Shown here piece by piece: positions 48,089-62,338 of a DNA stretch of 64,000 nucleotides (the first letter of the stretch is position 1; each line of letters begins with the position of its first letter). The position numbers were made by a program, and so were the translations under genes. The DNA lies in contig NC_089312.1 of the NCBI RefSeq assembly GCF_036669915.1, forward strand, positions 187,991 to 251,990. The letters run 5' to 3'. Below the pieces are notes generated by a model. The model was not told the DNA's origin. It did not search any database and saw nothing but the letters and a program-made list of their open reading frames with translations. This DNA is from Pocillopora verrucosa. Lineage: Eukaryota.

Positions 48089-49114
48089 CTTAAAAGAGGT
48101 GAGGGAAAGTAAAAGCAAAGATCAAAAACACTTCATTTCCTATAAGGTTTCAGTTGCCATTGTGTTATTTACCTTTCTTTCATTAAATGTTTGTGAAAAT
48201 GTCTTGACTCCTTCCAACACAGCATTAATTGACAGAAGATAAAGTTCCATTAGCAGCCTGAATTGAAATAAAGAAGACAAGTGTTCAAGTCCTTCCACAT
48301 ATATTGTAGAGGTATGTGCAAAGTCTAAAATGACTTACTACTGTTTATTAGGCTTTGCTGTTAATAGCCAATGTTACATACCTCAAGTCCTTACTATGCA
48401 TAACTGACTCATTCTTTGCTGCATCGCTCACTGAACATAGTGCACATTCAGTTTGTAGAAAATATGTTCTTGCACAAGTTATTCTTCCTTTAGGTTCCAC
48501 AGCAAAAGAGACCTTTGAAAAATTGTTTAAGGCTGAAAGTTATTGTTGTAGTTTAGGTTGCGTGTCTACTATTTTGGATTGAGAGCATTAGTTCAGCCTA
48601 CTTGACTAGCCTGTCCAACTAAATGTTGCATTTGTAAACAAGGGTATTGTCCTTAGATAAAAATTTTCTGACATCTCACCATATGTTTAGCAGGAGCACC
48701 ATTAATGCCACTATTTCCAATTGCAGTGTTATTATTAGAAGTGGTTTTTTCGCAACTGTGTATATTTTTTCTTGTGGAGTGGGCTCCCAGGAGAACAAAA
48801 GGTTGAGAATCTTCTGGGGAACTGCAAGGAGAACAAATCAATCAGTCAATAGTAAATCAATAGATTTCTTTCACGCAGTTGACTCTGTTTTACTTTTATT
48901 GCTACATTAACTCATCATCAGAACACATCGCTAGATACTTATCAAGAGGTCAAGTGCAACTTCTACAATATGACCTCAACTACAGGCCTCATGTATATTG
49001 AGCATTTATAATTCAAAATCAGTCTTTCTTGAAACCTTTGTGTAAATCGCTCTCTACAGAAGCTGTGTACTTTTTTAAATAGACATTTAGTTCTTGTCCA
49101 AACTAGAGTATTAC

Positions 49115-49148
49115 CTCTTAGCACTGCTCCTGTCGACAATGTGTCCAT
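49115..49148 (-). CDS. Candidate first coding exon (ATG) of the unidentified gene.
   Basis: ATG GAC ACA TTG TCG ACA GGA GCA GTG CTA AGA G (MDTLSTGAVLR) followed by GTAATA. Confidence 0.2.
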
Positions 49149-52035
49149 GAGTAAAGTAACTCACAATGGGCTTCAAGAATAAAAACACAATGACGGCAAG
49201 GAAGTTTCTCAAAATTGACCATGTCATACCTAAGCTTCCCATATATAAACAGGTGTTACTCTTTCCTTGATCTTCAGCTAAGAAAGGGAAAGTGGCTGAT
49301 ACAAATCATATCATGACTACGATGTATATTTAACAAATAACAGCTTAAACACCACAACCGAGTGAGTAACACAAATTTGCACCCAGCTAGTGTCATTTTT
49401 AAAAGTATTTTAGCATGTGTCCTTGTCACCAAACAATCACACAGTGAGGAAAATATTCACCATAGTTCCTTCTAAGCCAGGTGTGCAACTAACCTCGCTC
49501 AAACTTCTCTCTGTTACTTTAAGAAGCTCAGTTGGGCTGCAAGAAATAAAGAGATTTCATCCTTAACGAAAACCTGTTTAAGATATTTAGATGGCACATT
49601 TGAATCACCAAGAATCAACTCCAACTTTCATGAATACAAGGGATCAAAACAGGAACCAAACTGAATCTTGTGGAAAAGTTAACAAAAATACAGTAAAAAG
49701 CTAGTTATGTGACACTTTGAAGGAAAGTTGGGATTATAACGTATAAATGCCTTCCAGGACCATCCAATTACAATTGTAACAATTACAGTACAGTGGGTAG
49801 TCATTGTTCTCCCTCCTTGCCTCCTACCATGGTTCTCACAGAGACTGTTAGCTGGTATGACACAGTAACACTATGTTACACTCACCTCTCTGCATCCACA
49901 TTCGAAAGAATGGATTTACAATGACGTTCAAACAAAGGAAGAGTCTGGAGGAAAGCAGGGAAAGAAAATATAGTACACCTTTGTTAGTGACTAAATTTAA
50001 TTCTAAAACTAATTTCAATATGTTCAGGATGGAATTATAACCCTAGAGAGATTTAAAACGGTGACTACTGAATTAAAATGTACCCTGTTTAATTCTTACA
50101 ACAATTTTCAATTGAGTGTCCAGAGTAATCTGCAATTGCTTTGGTTTTGCCTTACTTTGCTCTGTGATTTGTCCAGAAAATGTGTGCCACTGTTACAACC
50201 AACCACATTCAAGACTAAAACCAATCAAAGTTGGTCACTTGCTTTTTTCCACACTTCATGCAGTTTTCTTTCCCTAAATTTAACTTCTTAGGCTAGCCAT
50301 TGAGATGCCTTTTTTTTGTATGTATTGTGCAACACTCAATCAAACAGTGATTCCTAAATTACTTAATTTGTTGTAGATAAACAGACTAAAAACAAAATTA
50401 GCCATTAATACTAGTTACCTCTGTGATAAGGGTTTCTACAGCCACAGCGTCCAACAAGCCATAAATCTGGTCCAGTTCTTGAGTGACATCACTGACCTAA
50501 CCATTGATAAATACAGTAATCATTAAAGATTCTTTTATCACAAATGATGTGGACAGCCATGTCCTCGACAACATCTTACCACCACAAGGCTCTTCTTTAT
50601 CAAGGGGTATAACGGGGCACAACACTGACCAGATAGGGAGGGGAGGGGGGGTTAAAGAGGAAAGTATTAGCCCCTCTAAGAAGGATGCCATATCTGATCA
50701 TTCTATGTTTCCAAAACTGCGATTAACTCCAAAAGCCACACTAATCAGTCTTACCTTTGCAAGGTAGAGTTATTGTAAAAACTTACTGTCAACCAAAATT
50801 TCCTCTTACCCTGTGCTTCATAGTGAAAAATTCCCCACTGCAGAGGCAAAAAGATAATAAATTAATGATTATTGCATCATACAAATAACACTCTCCTTAA
50901 AGACATGACAATAGACTACATAAAAACAAGGGAAACAAAAACAAGCAGAGCACAGTTTTGTTACAAGCAAAAATTTATTAAAAGTGATTAATACAGTAGA
51001 CTGTGGAAGCAAAAAGTTATCAGGTGAGAAAGGTATATGTTACCTGCCAAAACCCTCCAGTGCAAATGCTTGAATTAGGGGCCATTTTTCCAACACAAAT
51101 GGGTCAAAACAAGGCTGCTGATCACCAGGGGTGGGTACTAATAAATAACAACATATTGTTAGCTTACTACTTACAGGGATGTCAGTTTTTAGGCTAACAT
51201 ACTGGTTTTCTCCAAGAGACTTGAATTCTTTCACAGTCTGGATACTCAGTGCAAAACAGTTGGAAATTAACAGCCACATTTGAGTAGTTCTCCATTATAA
51301 TGTCACTTCTTACATAATCTAAAAAGTTCAAGATCCAGTAGCTTTTATGGTAAATATTTACACTTCATCCAGTACACAACATGCATGTTCAATAGAAAAC
51401 ACAAGCTGACAAAACAATTGCAGTCATCATAAACTGCCCCAAAAAACATTTATCTAATGAAACAATGAATAGCTACAAGTTTGTTTGTCCTCAGTAGCCA
51501 TGTTGTAATTTAGTGCTATTACATTGTAACCTATTCTTTAAAACAATAAACTGCCAACAACAATATCAAACAAAAGGACTACCTCATACATACCTGATGA
51601 GGCAGATGTATTCAGCCATGTGTGCATGTGCAATTTTCTGATGTGCACAATTTTTTTTATTTCCAATTGCAAACGATTTTTAGTGCATTTTATTCTTGTT
51701 TTTAGGTTAGAGTGTACACAAGCGGTACTGTAGAAATGGCAATCCTACATACCTCCATATGGTATACCAAGACAATCACACCCCTCTACCATGGATATGA
51801 AACTTAGAATCTTGAATTCTTCAGCCTTCTCTTCATTATCTATATACTAAATGCAAATTGTCATCAAAGACAGAAAAATTAAAATCAAGATGTAGCAATC
51901 TTTGTCTTATTTTACCAACTAGTTAATAAGATTAATCTAGTCTACCCAGGGCTACAAGTTACATGTATGTTGTTTTCATGAAGGTTCACTCACTGTTTAT
52001 AGGAGGATGCAACAGAGCCAGGTCTGAACATTTCA

Positions 52036-52296
52036 ATGGATATTTGGCAAATCAAGTCACAATATTTAAAAAATACATTTAAAATAGTGAATGATATTAA
52101 TTGTCTGAAGCAATTCCAAGACAAACCTATAAAACGTTTGAGTATTTGCTCTCACTCTTTGAGAGATGACTCTTTACTGAATGTTCTTAATGCTAAGTCG
52201 GTTTTTGGTGAAAAAACTTTTGAATTTGCTGCTGTAAGAGACTGGAACTCTCTACCAAGGGATATCAGAACTATAACAAATCTCAGCACCTTTTAA
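52036..52296 (+). mobile_element. 3' terminal fragment of a CR1/L2-like non-LTR retrotransposon ORF2, with a microsatellite tail downstream.
   Basis: ORF ...EKTFEFAAVRDWNSLPRDIRTITNLSTFK ends with the W-N-x-L-P ... FK C-terminal signature typical of CR1/L2-clade LINE ORF2. It is followed by an AT-rich tail and the (ATT)n array at 52611..52675. Confidence 0.4.
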
Positions 52297-52610
52297 AGTA
52301 AACTCTGAATTTTTATTACAAGAGAATCACAATCAACATAAATGCTCTTTGGCTTAACTGATTAGTTGAATTATTATTTTTTTAATTAATACAATGTTCA
52401 TAGAAAATATGTTATAGATACTAATAAGGACTATGTTATAATTTATTTATTCTTGTAAATTCTTATTTTTACTATTTTGTATCATGATATTTTTAGTCCT
52501 TTTTTATGTATTTATTATAATTTTATTATATACAGATTTTATACTATATATATGCACATGGGTTAATACCAGATAGTCTTTTTAGTCTATCTGATCCATT
52601 ATTTTGCATT

Positions 52611-52675
52611 TCAAATAGAGATTATTGTTATTATTATTATTATTACTATTATTATTATTATTATTATTATTAACA
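52611..52675. repeat. (ATT)n microsatellite of about 65 bp, then (AC)5.
   Basis: attattgttattattattattattactattattattattattattatt; produces a spurious poly-Ile ORF. Confidence 0.9.
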
Positions 52676-53620
52676 CAAACACACACAGTACCAGTTCCTT
52701 GTCAAGGCAGTGGACACGTAGATTCCTCCAATGTGCAATGCGTGGCAGCAGCAGAGGATAGTTGATTGGATTACAGTACACATGAACACTTTCTGCCTTC
52801 ACAACAACCAGAATGTCTGCCAACAAACATATAACATCAAAAGGACATTTTTAGCTAATAGTTCATACTGCATCAGTGTATTCATTATAAGTAACAAACA
52901 TGGGTTTCATGAAATTCTTCTAAAACAACAAAACTGTAGAACATTGCTTGTTACAACTCTCCCTCTTTAGGATAAACTGTGTCCATCCTCATTACCTCTA
53001 AACACCTGACCATAAAAACCTCAGGAAAAATTATAAAACAGCACGACTGTACCAATAAATTGAAAACAAATTTTAACATGATGGTTATAATCAAGAATAA
53101 CAATGTTGCAGTACAAATATGCATTGGAAATACAATTACCTTCTAGCTCCTCTTCTGTAATTTTACTTCCACTGTAATAATAAACATCACAATTGTTAAA
53201 TTAGTATTATTCTCAGATGTTTTTTTATATAATTGACTGGGTCAGAAAGGGAATATGATTGTTTTGACACAAAGAAATGAGACCAAGAACTTGCACCAGA
53301 ATACATGTTTCCACATACTTAAACCAACAGTAATGTCATACCAATTGAAAAGAAATTTTCTCACTTCAGTGTGGCCTATGGATATGTTTTGTGTGAATGC
53401 CTGCTTGAAAAGTTCAGAGGTGACTGTATTTCAAATCTGTGGTTTACTCTCACCATTCTTTTTCTTACCTAAAATCCACTGGTGTGAGTTTACAAAAGCC
53501 AAAGAGTAAGTAGTTGAGAAGGCTTTTGGTTCCACCATTGTACCTAAAACAGTCCCATTAATTGTCATTAATAATTACTGGTGATCAAAAGGTTTTAACT
53601 TTGTTCAAGATTTATTTATA

Positions 53621-53652
53621 ACAATAATAATAATAATAATAATAATAATTTA
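53621..53652. repeat. (TAA)10 microsatellite.
   Basis: aacaataataataataataataataataattt. Confidence 0.9.
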
Positions 53653-56600
53653 ATGCTCGTAAGTTTAAACAGCATAATTTAAATATATTTTTTCACAAAT
53701 AATTAAAGAAACCATAACAACATCAAACATGAAAATATGGTAATGAGAGAAGTACAGGTATCTTACCTGCTATCAATACCTGTATAAGCAAAAAGGAAGA
53801 TAATATCATTTGTTTATAACAAATTATCAAACATGTGCAAAGGGGCAGCTAAAGGCTCAATAAAAATATTGGTAGTTAATTTTTACACAAACAACTTGTC
53901 AGATGTTGATATATGCACATTTTTAATCAAGTGCTAGAACAGCCTAAAACAGACTTGCCTGTCAGTTGTCCTTTCTTAAAACAGAGCCTAAATTAACATA
54001 TTCACCTTCTTATTAGATCAAGAAAAATGAATGGCTGTTTTTATCATACATCATTTGGCAAACAGGAATACAAAACACTGAGACTTATCAGGTAAAGGTT
54101 GTAATCCTGATCAAATACCAATTTCTCATAACTAATTAACAAGGAAATGTGTAGCAGCAAAATTAACAATTAGATCTTTGGAGTAATAGGCTTTGGCCTG
54201 ACTTTTTTACTAGTGAAAACTTTCCTGGAAGCATCTTGTATATGCTACCCCTCTTGAATGGAATTAAAAGTTTCCCAAATTGGCTAGGTTTTCCATCCAG
54301 TTTGCTGGTGTGTAATCATACCCATGACTATTTGCGTGTGACAATATGATGTCATGCCTAAGATACAACACAATTACTATGGCCAGGGGTCAAAAATGCA
54401 CCTCAAAAACATTCAGATGGGACAGCCAACCGGTGGAGTCACCACTAGCAGCACACAAAGTCATCTCTAGAAATGTTTTATACCACAGTGAAACACAAAT
54501 TACTTAAATTTTAAATTTTAATTTCAGTCACCATTACATGTACACTACATATATATGGACAGCAAAGTTACTTGCATGGCCTAACATTAGACCTATGGGT
54601 GGCTACTGAAAAATATTTGTTTTTTTCATTTGCACTCTTACCAAGTATACAGAGGATGCCATCTATCTTGGAAAGTTGATTTTTATCGCACCTTAACAGC
54701 TCCTGCACCTTCCGTAACCTTGCACAACTGTAAAGTATCCATAATTTTGTGACAACACATTAATCATATGCAACATAAACTTTACTAGACTGAAGAAATT
54801 GTACTCTTTTTGACATCTGGAAATTTTCCTCTAAACTAGCCAGAATAGGATATCAGCACATGCCTAGTTCCCCTTAAATTGTTTGGGTGGAGCTTCCAAG
54901 AGCATTAAACTCAGCTGTGCCTGAGAACATTGTCCTTCATCACATAGTGACAAATGTGTGGCTTATACAAACAAAGCCAGCCCAGTAGATCTAAAACTTT
55001 GGAATGGAGCTTACATGACCAAGAGGAATTTTTTTAATGAAGAAACAAAGGAGCATTAAAAAGTATGTCATGCAAATGTTTCTTCACAATTTAACTTTGG
55101 ACTATGAACAATAAATGATGAAAATATTACAACTTGCTATAGGACTGCCAATCACAGTATGTCAAATTGCAACTAAAGCTGTAAATTTGGTAGCAAGATT
55201 TTTTTTCCTTGTCTGAAAGAACAAAATGTTTGCTGCTTGAGCATGAGGCACTATACTCTTAAGAATCAATATACATGTAGAGCCTTTTGAGCAAAATGAT
55301 CTTATAACAAATTAATCAACATTTAAGCCTAAGGTTGATTTTATTATACCTTTTCTACAGGTATGTTTAAAACTAAGTTGTCAAACATTCACTTTAAAAA
55401 GAGAAGGCATAAAATGCATGACTTATGTTCCTTTGATGATAAGCTTATTAGATATCATTTTGTGGTTCCCTTAGTATAGGGTATTAACCATCACTGATAA
55501 TTCTCTCCAAATAAATTGTTACAGTTTGGGAAAAGATACTTGACTGCTAATAGTTACATGTACTATATTTCCTTCCTACTCTTACCACAAAAGTGATAAG
55601 GTAGCTAGAAGGTGTAGATTTTTCTAACACTACAAGGCTCTGTGATGACAGGGGCTGACAGGTAACCAACAACAAAGTAAAACTAATGACTGAAGAATCC
55701 ACAACAAAGTCCACTTATTAGCTCCAAATTCAAATTTCTTGTCAACAGCAGGAATTATGACATAGATTAAAAAATAAAACAGCAATCAAAGGCAGTAATA
55801 ATTTTAAAGTTGTGTATATTTATTACAGAACAATGTTCTCAGCAAGAGGTCACAAAAAAAATTTCTATGGCATTTCTACTTTAAATTGCTTTTAAACATA
55901 GGTAACACTAATTGTGGACTATTAATCTTTAAGAGTCACTGTCCTTTGTAATTTAACTCTCACGACTGGCATGAAATTAGCACCACAAAAAAATAAATTT
56001 GAATTTAATATTCTTGAGTAAAAATTTCAAATTAAAGGTAAACAAGGACAGCATGATATTGTTCTGCATAAGCCCATTATGGACTTTTAGATTACCCTGA
56101 CCATGGACAAACCCAAACACACAACAAAGGTTACTTTTTGATGAAAGATGACCTCTGCTCGAATTGTCTTAACGTATCTGCCAACAAAACAGGTTCTTCT
56201 CTCCACTATGATGAAGTTCCTCACACTTGTCAAATTTTCAGACGAAAGAAGACAGTCAAATATCAATAACTTCGCCAAATAACTTATTTCAAAGGTGTAA
56301 ACTTCAAAGTAAACACCAAGAATCATCTAGAGCCACCTGGCCATGCCAATGTTTGATTTTGATTCAGGTTAGTAACAAATTAACATAAAAAGATGCCAAC
56401 TTCAAAGAAATCAGGTGAAAGAGAGCAAAGTGACAAACTCCAAAGCAATAAAAATTTTCCATAACTTTAAACATCTTCCTTCCATTTAGTTGTCTTTTTT
56501 AGTACTTGTGACTTAATGGAGGATTTCACCCTTCATATTAATATTAAAATATTACAATGAGACACAAAGGACACTTCAAAGGGAGGAATTTGTTAACTGG

Positions 56601-59600
56601 CTGAGTAATATTTGAACACATGGTGAAATGTAAACTTATCAGTGAAACCAAACATGCCAAACAATTGATACAAACTAATATTATATTTCTGTGGTTACAT
56701 AAATTGAAACAACAACATAATCCTGTAAGACTTAGAGGCTGCTTGGTCCAACAGTGGGAAAATTGTTCCATAATGACATTAACAATTATGGGGAATATGT
56801 TACGAATTAATTTTAAAAAGCACTTCCTTGAAAACTTTATTTTTTAGTATAAATTTGACAGATATTGTTTCACTGGAGGAAAAAATCTGAATAAACAGGA
56901 AAGGTAGAAAGTCTGGATAAACTAATCAACACACACTTTGCCAGACATAACAATAATTTGGAAATAAATGAGACAGAGCAAAGAACATTGGAGCTCAACC
57001 TTTCAACTAAATGTAATTCTGCTTTTTTTCAGGCTTTTAAACCCTTGATATCCAAATGGCGTCATGTACAGTGTAGATTGTATTACTGCTCTTGTTTTTT
57101 TTTTTTTTCATTTGCAAGTTTAATCATGACTGCTTTTGATTGCTCTCCATAGATCACAGACAGTTCTGTCTTTGTAATTCAAACTATGATTACATCAGAA
57201 AAACAAACAGACCACAGCTGAGAAAATCAACAGTTCATTTGGAAATTTCTAGCATATTAATGACAAGAATGCTCTCATTTAGCAATGAACTTGATCAAAA
57301 ACTTTTTGCTTTTACTACATGGTGCTCTCTTATTTTGCTTTTAAATATATAAATGTTCCAGTAAGTCATTCTGATAAGTATGGGAAATGACAATGGGATT
57401 TAAACACATGGGAGAAATAAGGAAAAAAACTATTCTCTATTACTAAGTCAAAGAAAAAATATATGCCCCTGAATGACTTTTTATACCACATCAGGTCTAC
57501 GTGGTTAAAAGCAAACACTAATAACAACTAGCACAATTTTTGAAGAAAGGCTTCACATGACTTAGTGCACAAGGATTTGTATTAACACTGCTACCATGGA
57601 ATCCCAATAAACAGTGGTTTGCAATAGAAATCTTTCTATTTTACTAAATAACCTTATTAAGGATCACTTGATCAGCTCAACTGTTTCTAGTCCCAATAAT
57701 TTCCATGAGCTATAAAGACCACAAAGACTACACTATCACCCTAACACAGCATTTAGGACTGAAGACTTTAAAATGAGACAACATTTTCACATTTCAAGTG
57801 AAAATCTGTCTTCCCACACTAATAACAAAGAGAACTGAACACAAACATACAAATAACCAAACACCTCTTTTATCCAGGGTGCATAATCACAGTCTACTAC
57901 CATAGTCTTCCTTAAGGCCCCTAGACATTAAAACAAACATTAACAATATATCAGGAGAGAACAACAGGGATCCAACCCCAACTTTCTTCAAAGTTGCCAT
58001 ACAGCAACTTGAAATGGGAACCAGAAATAATAATTTGCTCATGAAATATTGATTACACCTCCAGTCTTAAGAATATCGAGCATGGCTATCATTAATTTTT
58101 GAAAATTCACCCAACCTCTCAAGGCTCAATATTCAACCAACCAAAGAGGAAGAAACATGTTTTAAGGGGAGAAAATAAAAGAGCATGAAAAACTTTTTAG
58201 GAAAAATTTTTACTCACTTTGACTTGGGACCATAAAACTAAGTCATAAAAATGTCACAGCTTATTGAACAACCAATTGGCCACTTACATGGCAATAAAGT
58301 ACCCAAAATAATTTCCTTATTCAAAAGAGTTGCTGCTTGATGCACTTATCAAAACAGTCAAAGTTAATATCTTAGCCAAAGCTATTGATTTGCCAAAGCT
58401 AATGATTTACCAAAGCTAATGAGCTCTGATTTGGTATGGCCTTGCCACCAAAGTCTTCCCAGCATTAATATGAATACAGTCAACCATCTTAGTTTATAAC
58501 AACCTTTGGTGCAGGAAAACATGGTTGCTCAAGAGAAAAATCCAAGCAAAAACCTTAAAGCATTTGATTATTTCTGCTCTTATATTTTTTTTTCTAAGGG
58601 AAAAAAGTACATGGAGTTCTTCAAATAAAAGATTCCCATCAAATGGATATCATGCAATATCATAAATGACTGTTCATTACTATTTCTTGCTGCACCTGGG
58701 AGGTTACCAATTAGAAACACACACAAACACACTCCGAGAAAATCTTAGTAGTTGTTATTGCACAAGAAATTTGAGCAGCTATAGCAACTATAAAATGTTT
58801 TTTAAAAAGATTTCACTAACAAAAAGTTATTCACAAATTGATTCCTCAAGGGAAGTGGTTGCCTAGGAGAATGGTCTGTTCCTATTCTTCCAGACATATT
58901 TTAGAGTAAATCAGTGTTTTCCTTGTATGTCAACTTGTGCTTACAGCTTACACTGCAGGAGCTAAAATCTAAATTATCTAATGGGACATTTTTGTTCTAT
59001 GATAATTAATGCACAATTATTAGTGTGCACACATTTACCATTGCTGTGTAAGAAACTTACCAGACACTGTTTTATGATTTATAAGTCAGAGATAAGGTTC
59101 CACAGAGTTAGCAATGATTTGCACACAGTTCTTAATATTATACTTTTTGCTTATAATCTCTAACTGAACCAGTCATGAAAGAACAGTGAATAGAATGCTG
59201 ATTTACACTCTATTTCAAGTTATCACTCTTCACACAGAGTTGAAGACCTAAAATACACAATACTGATCCATGACTAATGACATCAATTTACAGCCTTTTT
59301 TTTCCTGTGTGAAGCAAGGACATTGATGAATAGGAATGTCTCACAGTGACAGATAAACATGAGAAGTTTGGTGTTTTTGAGACAAATTTCAAACAATACT
59401 ATTAAATAATCAATTTTTTATAACAACAAGGCTCAGTTTGAAAAAAGTTCAACGGATACTGAAGCCAAGCTTCTTGTTTCTTAAACACAATACTCAGTAA
59501 AATTAAAGTAGCACTTTGGTTGCTAGGAAATGTGCAATTTAATAGGCCATTCATGATTAAAGCCTTCAAAATTACACATAAGGACAGGTTGGAGCAGCCC

Positions 59601-61477
59601 AACCCCAGGTGTACATACATTGTACTGAAGAAAGCCTATTGGCTGTCAGCAACAGTTTGAGCTGTTTGTGTCAACCTTCACACATTTGATGTCTGTTTTT
59701 GTCACATCATACATATTTGGCTTGTTTATAAATACTATCCTGAAGTCCACTTTACAAAGATGCCAAAATTAACCATGTGGAAATACATTCCATGTGATGA
59801 ATTGGTTAATTTTTTTCTGTAATTTCTTTGAAAATACAGTTGTCCACAGACAATTTTCTAACAAAAGATAACCTACTATCACAAGTCAATATGCTGCTTA
59901 GATTAGCCATAATAACTTTTCCTTGACAAAGGTTGACTGAAATGTATTCGGAAGTTTTACCAGAGGATACCTGATACCTTACTTAAACCACAACATGTAA
60001 CTTCTGAATAGAAAATACCTACAAGCCTATTTCAAGAGAAACCTTGCTATTTTGTGAAAAAAGGTTTCATGCGAATGAGTACAAAAGCTTGTCACAGCCT
60101 TAGTATATTCGACAAAATAATGTCGCCTTATCTAGAAAATTTGTGTGCTCCTTTTTAATTTTTTACTATCAGAGATAGCAGAGGATAAAAACAGGAACCC
60201 ATATGCATAAAATAATGATCAGATGATAATTTTGCAAGAACGGAAAGAGTTTCCTGTCACCCGTTGAGCAATTTGTGTAAACATCAAATTCGCCGGGTCT
60301 AGCTTTTAAAAGGAGTCACGAAAACTCGAACAATATACGAATGCTCAGAGGAGCTAAAATCCACTTAAAACCAGATCGAATAAAAACATAGAGTAGAACT
60401 CAAGTTAAATATTGGACCAGGCTGCAAAATATACACACCGTATACATATTCATTGTGATCTGACAGTTAGAGAAATACACAAAAGGGTTTCCCTAATCAA
60501 AGAGATGTTAACAAAACTGACATGGAAAGTGACAAAACGAATTTTTAAGCGCATTTTATTTGGTCGGTTTTTCTTGATCTGACCGCTTTCACTAACCAAA
60601 AGAATAAAACAATCAATCGGCATATTTGTGTATTACACCACTTCGTTTATTACGGAAATCGAAGTGGCCCATTCTTTATCGCAGTATCGGTTGCTCGGTT
60701 ATTCCTTGGCCTTGGCAATTCGTATTACTCCAGGGCATTTTGCCTAATGTTTAATTGAGCTGCAAATATATCTCAAAGACAACCGTCTATATTGCGCTTA
60801 GTGCAAAGATGTAAACAATTTTTCTGATTAAGCATACACATTAAGATTGAATATTTGCCATCGAAATGTCGGGTTCACAACCATAGGCACTAACGATCAT
60901 GGACGAAATAGGAACTTCTGCCACTCGGATCTAAGTGTTCCTAGATTTGGCGACAAGTTTTCCGCAAATTTGGAGAAAAGCAATTATACTCATTGTTAGA
61001 CAAAAATAGATCCCCACCGCGGAGGAAAAGAATCTTCGTCTTCTCTATAAACAATAATAATTTTAGCTTATTGTTGTATTTCAATTTAGCTGGAATAAAC
61101 ACGTTTCTGCAAGAGTGGTCGTAAAAATTAAACGTCATTAATACTTCAAAATTTAATTCTCTACGCAAGGATGAAGACCCCTGGAAAGGTAAAGTTTACC
61201 ATACTCTGAACTCCACAAAGTGAAGGCAAAATTCTGTCACATTTTTGAGGGAAAAGAGTCCTTTCTTTTTTATTTGACTTGTCGCCGACCTGAATAAGTG
61301 TTTTCGCCAAAGTGATCTAAAACCCAGTAATTTTAACCTTGAACTTGTAAAAAACAATTGACTTACCTCACAAAAGGCGAGTACAGCTGGTGTTTACCTT
61401 TTTTCTTAGCCGAAACAGGCCTTGGAAAGGCAAGTTTGTCTGCAAAGTCACTCATAATCTTGCAAAAACTTATTCAC

Positions 61478-61600
61478 AACAAACATGGCCGCCATTTTTA
61501 GCGCTTATTCAAAACCATGACGTCACCGAAGCTTGTGTCTGATTGGTCGAGTTCAGACTTTGCCGCGAAATCCAAAATGGCGCGTTGGAATATCATCTTG
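61478..61600. promoter_or_regulatory. Putative bidirectional promoter: a perfect CRE (TGACGTCA, 61518..61525), a CCAAT box (gattgg 61541..61546) and two divergently oriented YY1-type AAAATGGCG start motifs.
   Basis: Minus-strand taaaaATGGCGGCCATG at 61481..61500 and plus-strand ccaaaATGGCGCGTTGG at 61569..61585 flank the CRE and CCAAT elements. Both ATGs open only short ORFs unless spliced. Confidence 0.35.
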
Positions 61601-62002
61601 AAAAAGTTTTGTTTACATCCACGGATGCGATTCGCCTCAAAGAGTGTGACCACAATTAGGCCCATTAAGTAAATAACCCTTAAAATACCACAGAGCTCTT
61701 TTAGCAATCTACTTGATGTCTTATAACATCCATGTATTCCTTTCCAACCATCTTTTCTTGAACTTTTTCTTTCTTTCCCGAAGAAATCGTAGCAAGAACA
61801 ACGAAGAAACGTGTTCTCAACGTTTTGTAGTCTTAATATATGCAAAAATATACAAGAACTGTTTTTCTACATGGATATATTCACGGAGATTATAAAACTC
61901 CGGGATCTAAATACAAGTTAATAAATTAATGTTTGTTTTGAAAGTGTCCACGTAGATTTCATTTACAAACTTTAAAAGTTTAAAATACTTCACATCCCAA
62001 AG

Positions 62003-62338
62003 TTACATCTCTTCTAAAAAAAGATCGTCTTCGATAGAATTCAAATCAAGGTCGGAATTGCAATCTATAGGAAAGATTCCTTCGTCCTGAGCTTTGGGGT
62101 TTAAATTGTGTAATCCGTCATTCTGTAGGTCTGATAACTTGTTTTGTCCTTTGAGGTCTTCAATGATTTCGATCTCGGAATCCAGCTGTTTTGTTGGCGA
62201 TGAAGTCGGGGTTATCATAACACTACTGACTGAAGCGTACAGAGGCGAAGAGGTGATTGGTTTCAGCGTGAAGTTCTCAGACTCAGTAAAGTAGCTTGTT
62301 AATTCCCTTGAACACTTTTTATTCTACAACAGAAATAA
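62003..62338 (-). CDS. Candidate terminal coding exon of about 111 codons: acidic, Ser/Thr-rich, ending ...SIEDDLFLEEM, then TAA.
   Basis: Open frame from the acceptor-like ttctgttgtag at 62339 to TAA at 62003: NKKCSRELTSYFTESENFTLKPITSSPLYASVSSVMITPTSSPTKQLDSEIEIIEDLKGQNKLSDLQNDGLHNLNPKAQDEGIFPIDCNSDLDLNSIEDDLFLEEM. An open frame this long is unlikely by chance in AT-rich DNA. Confidence 0.3.

Larger units (their letters stand above)
46087..49148 (-). other. Span of a second unidentified minus-strand multi-exon gene.
   Basis: At least six spliced, protein-like exons (listed separately) run 5' to 3' from a candidate ATG exon at 49148 down to about 46040. No family recognised; a PH-like fold is guessed. 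Confidence 0.35.

Noticed and set aside
60630-60665. A small palindrome, ccacttcg-N13-cgaagtgg.
   Set aside because: With an 8 bp stem and an isolated position it falls within chance expectation for AT-rich DNA. There is no supporting context.
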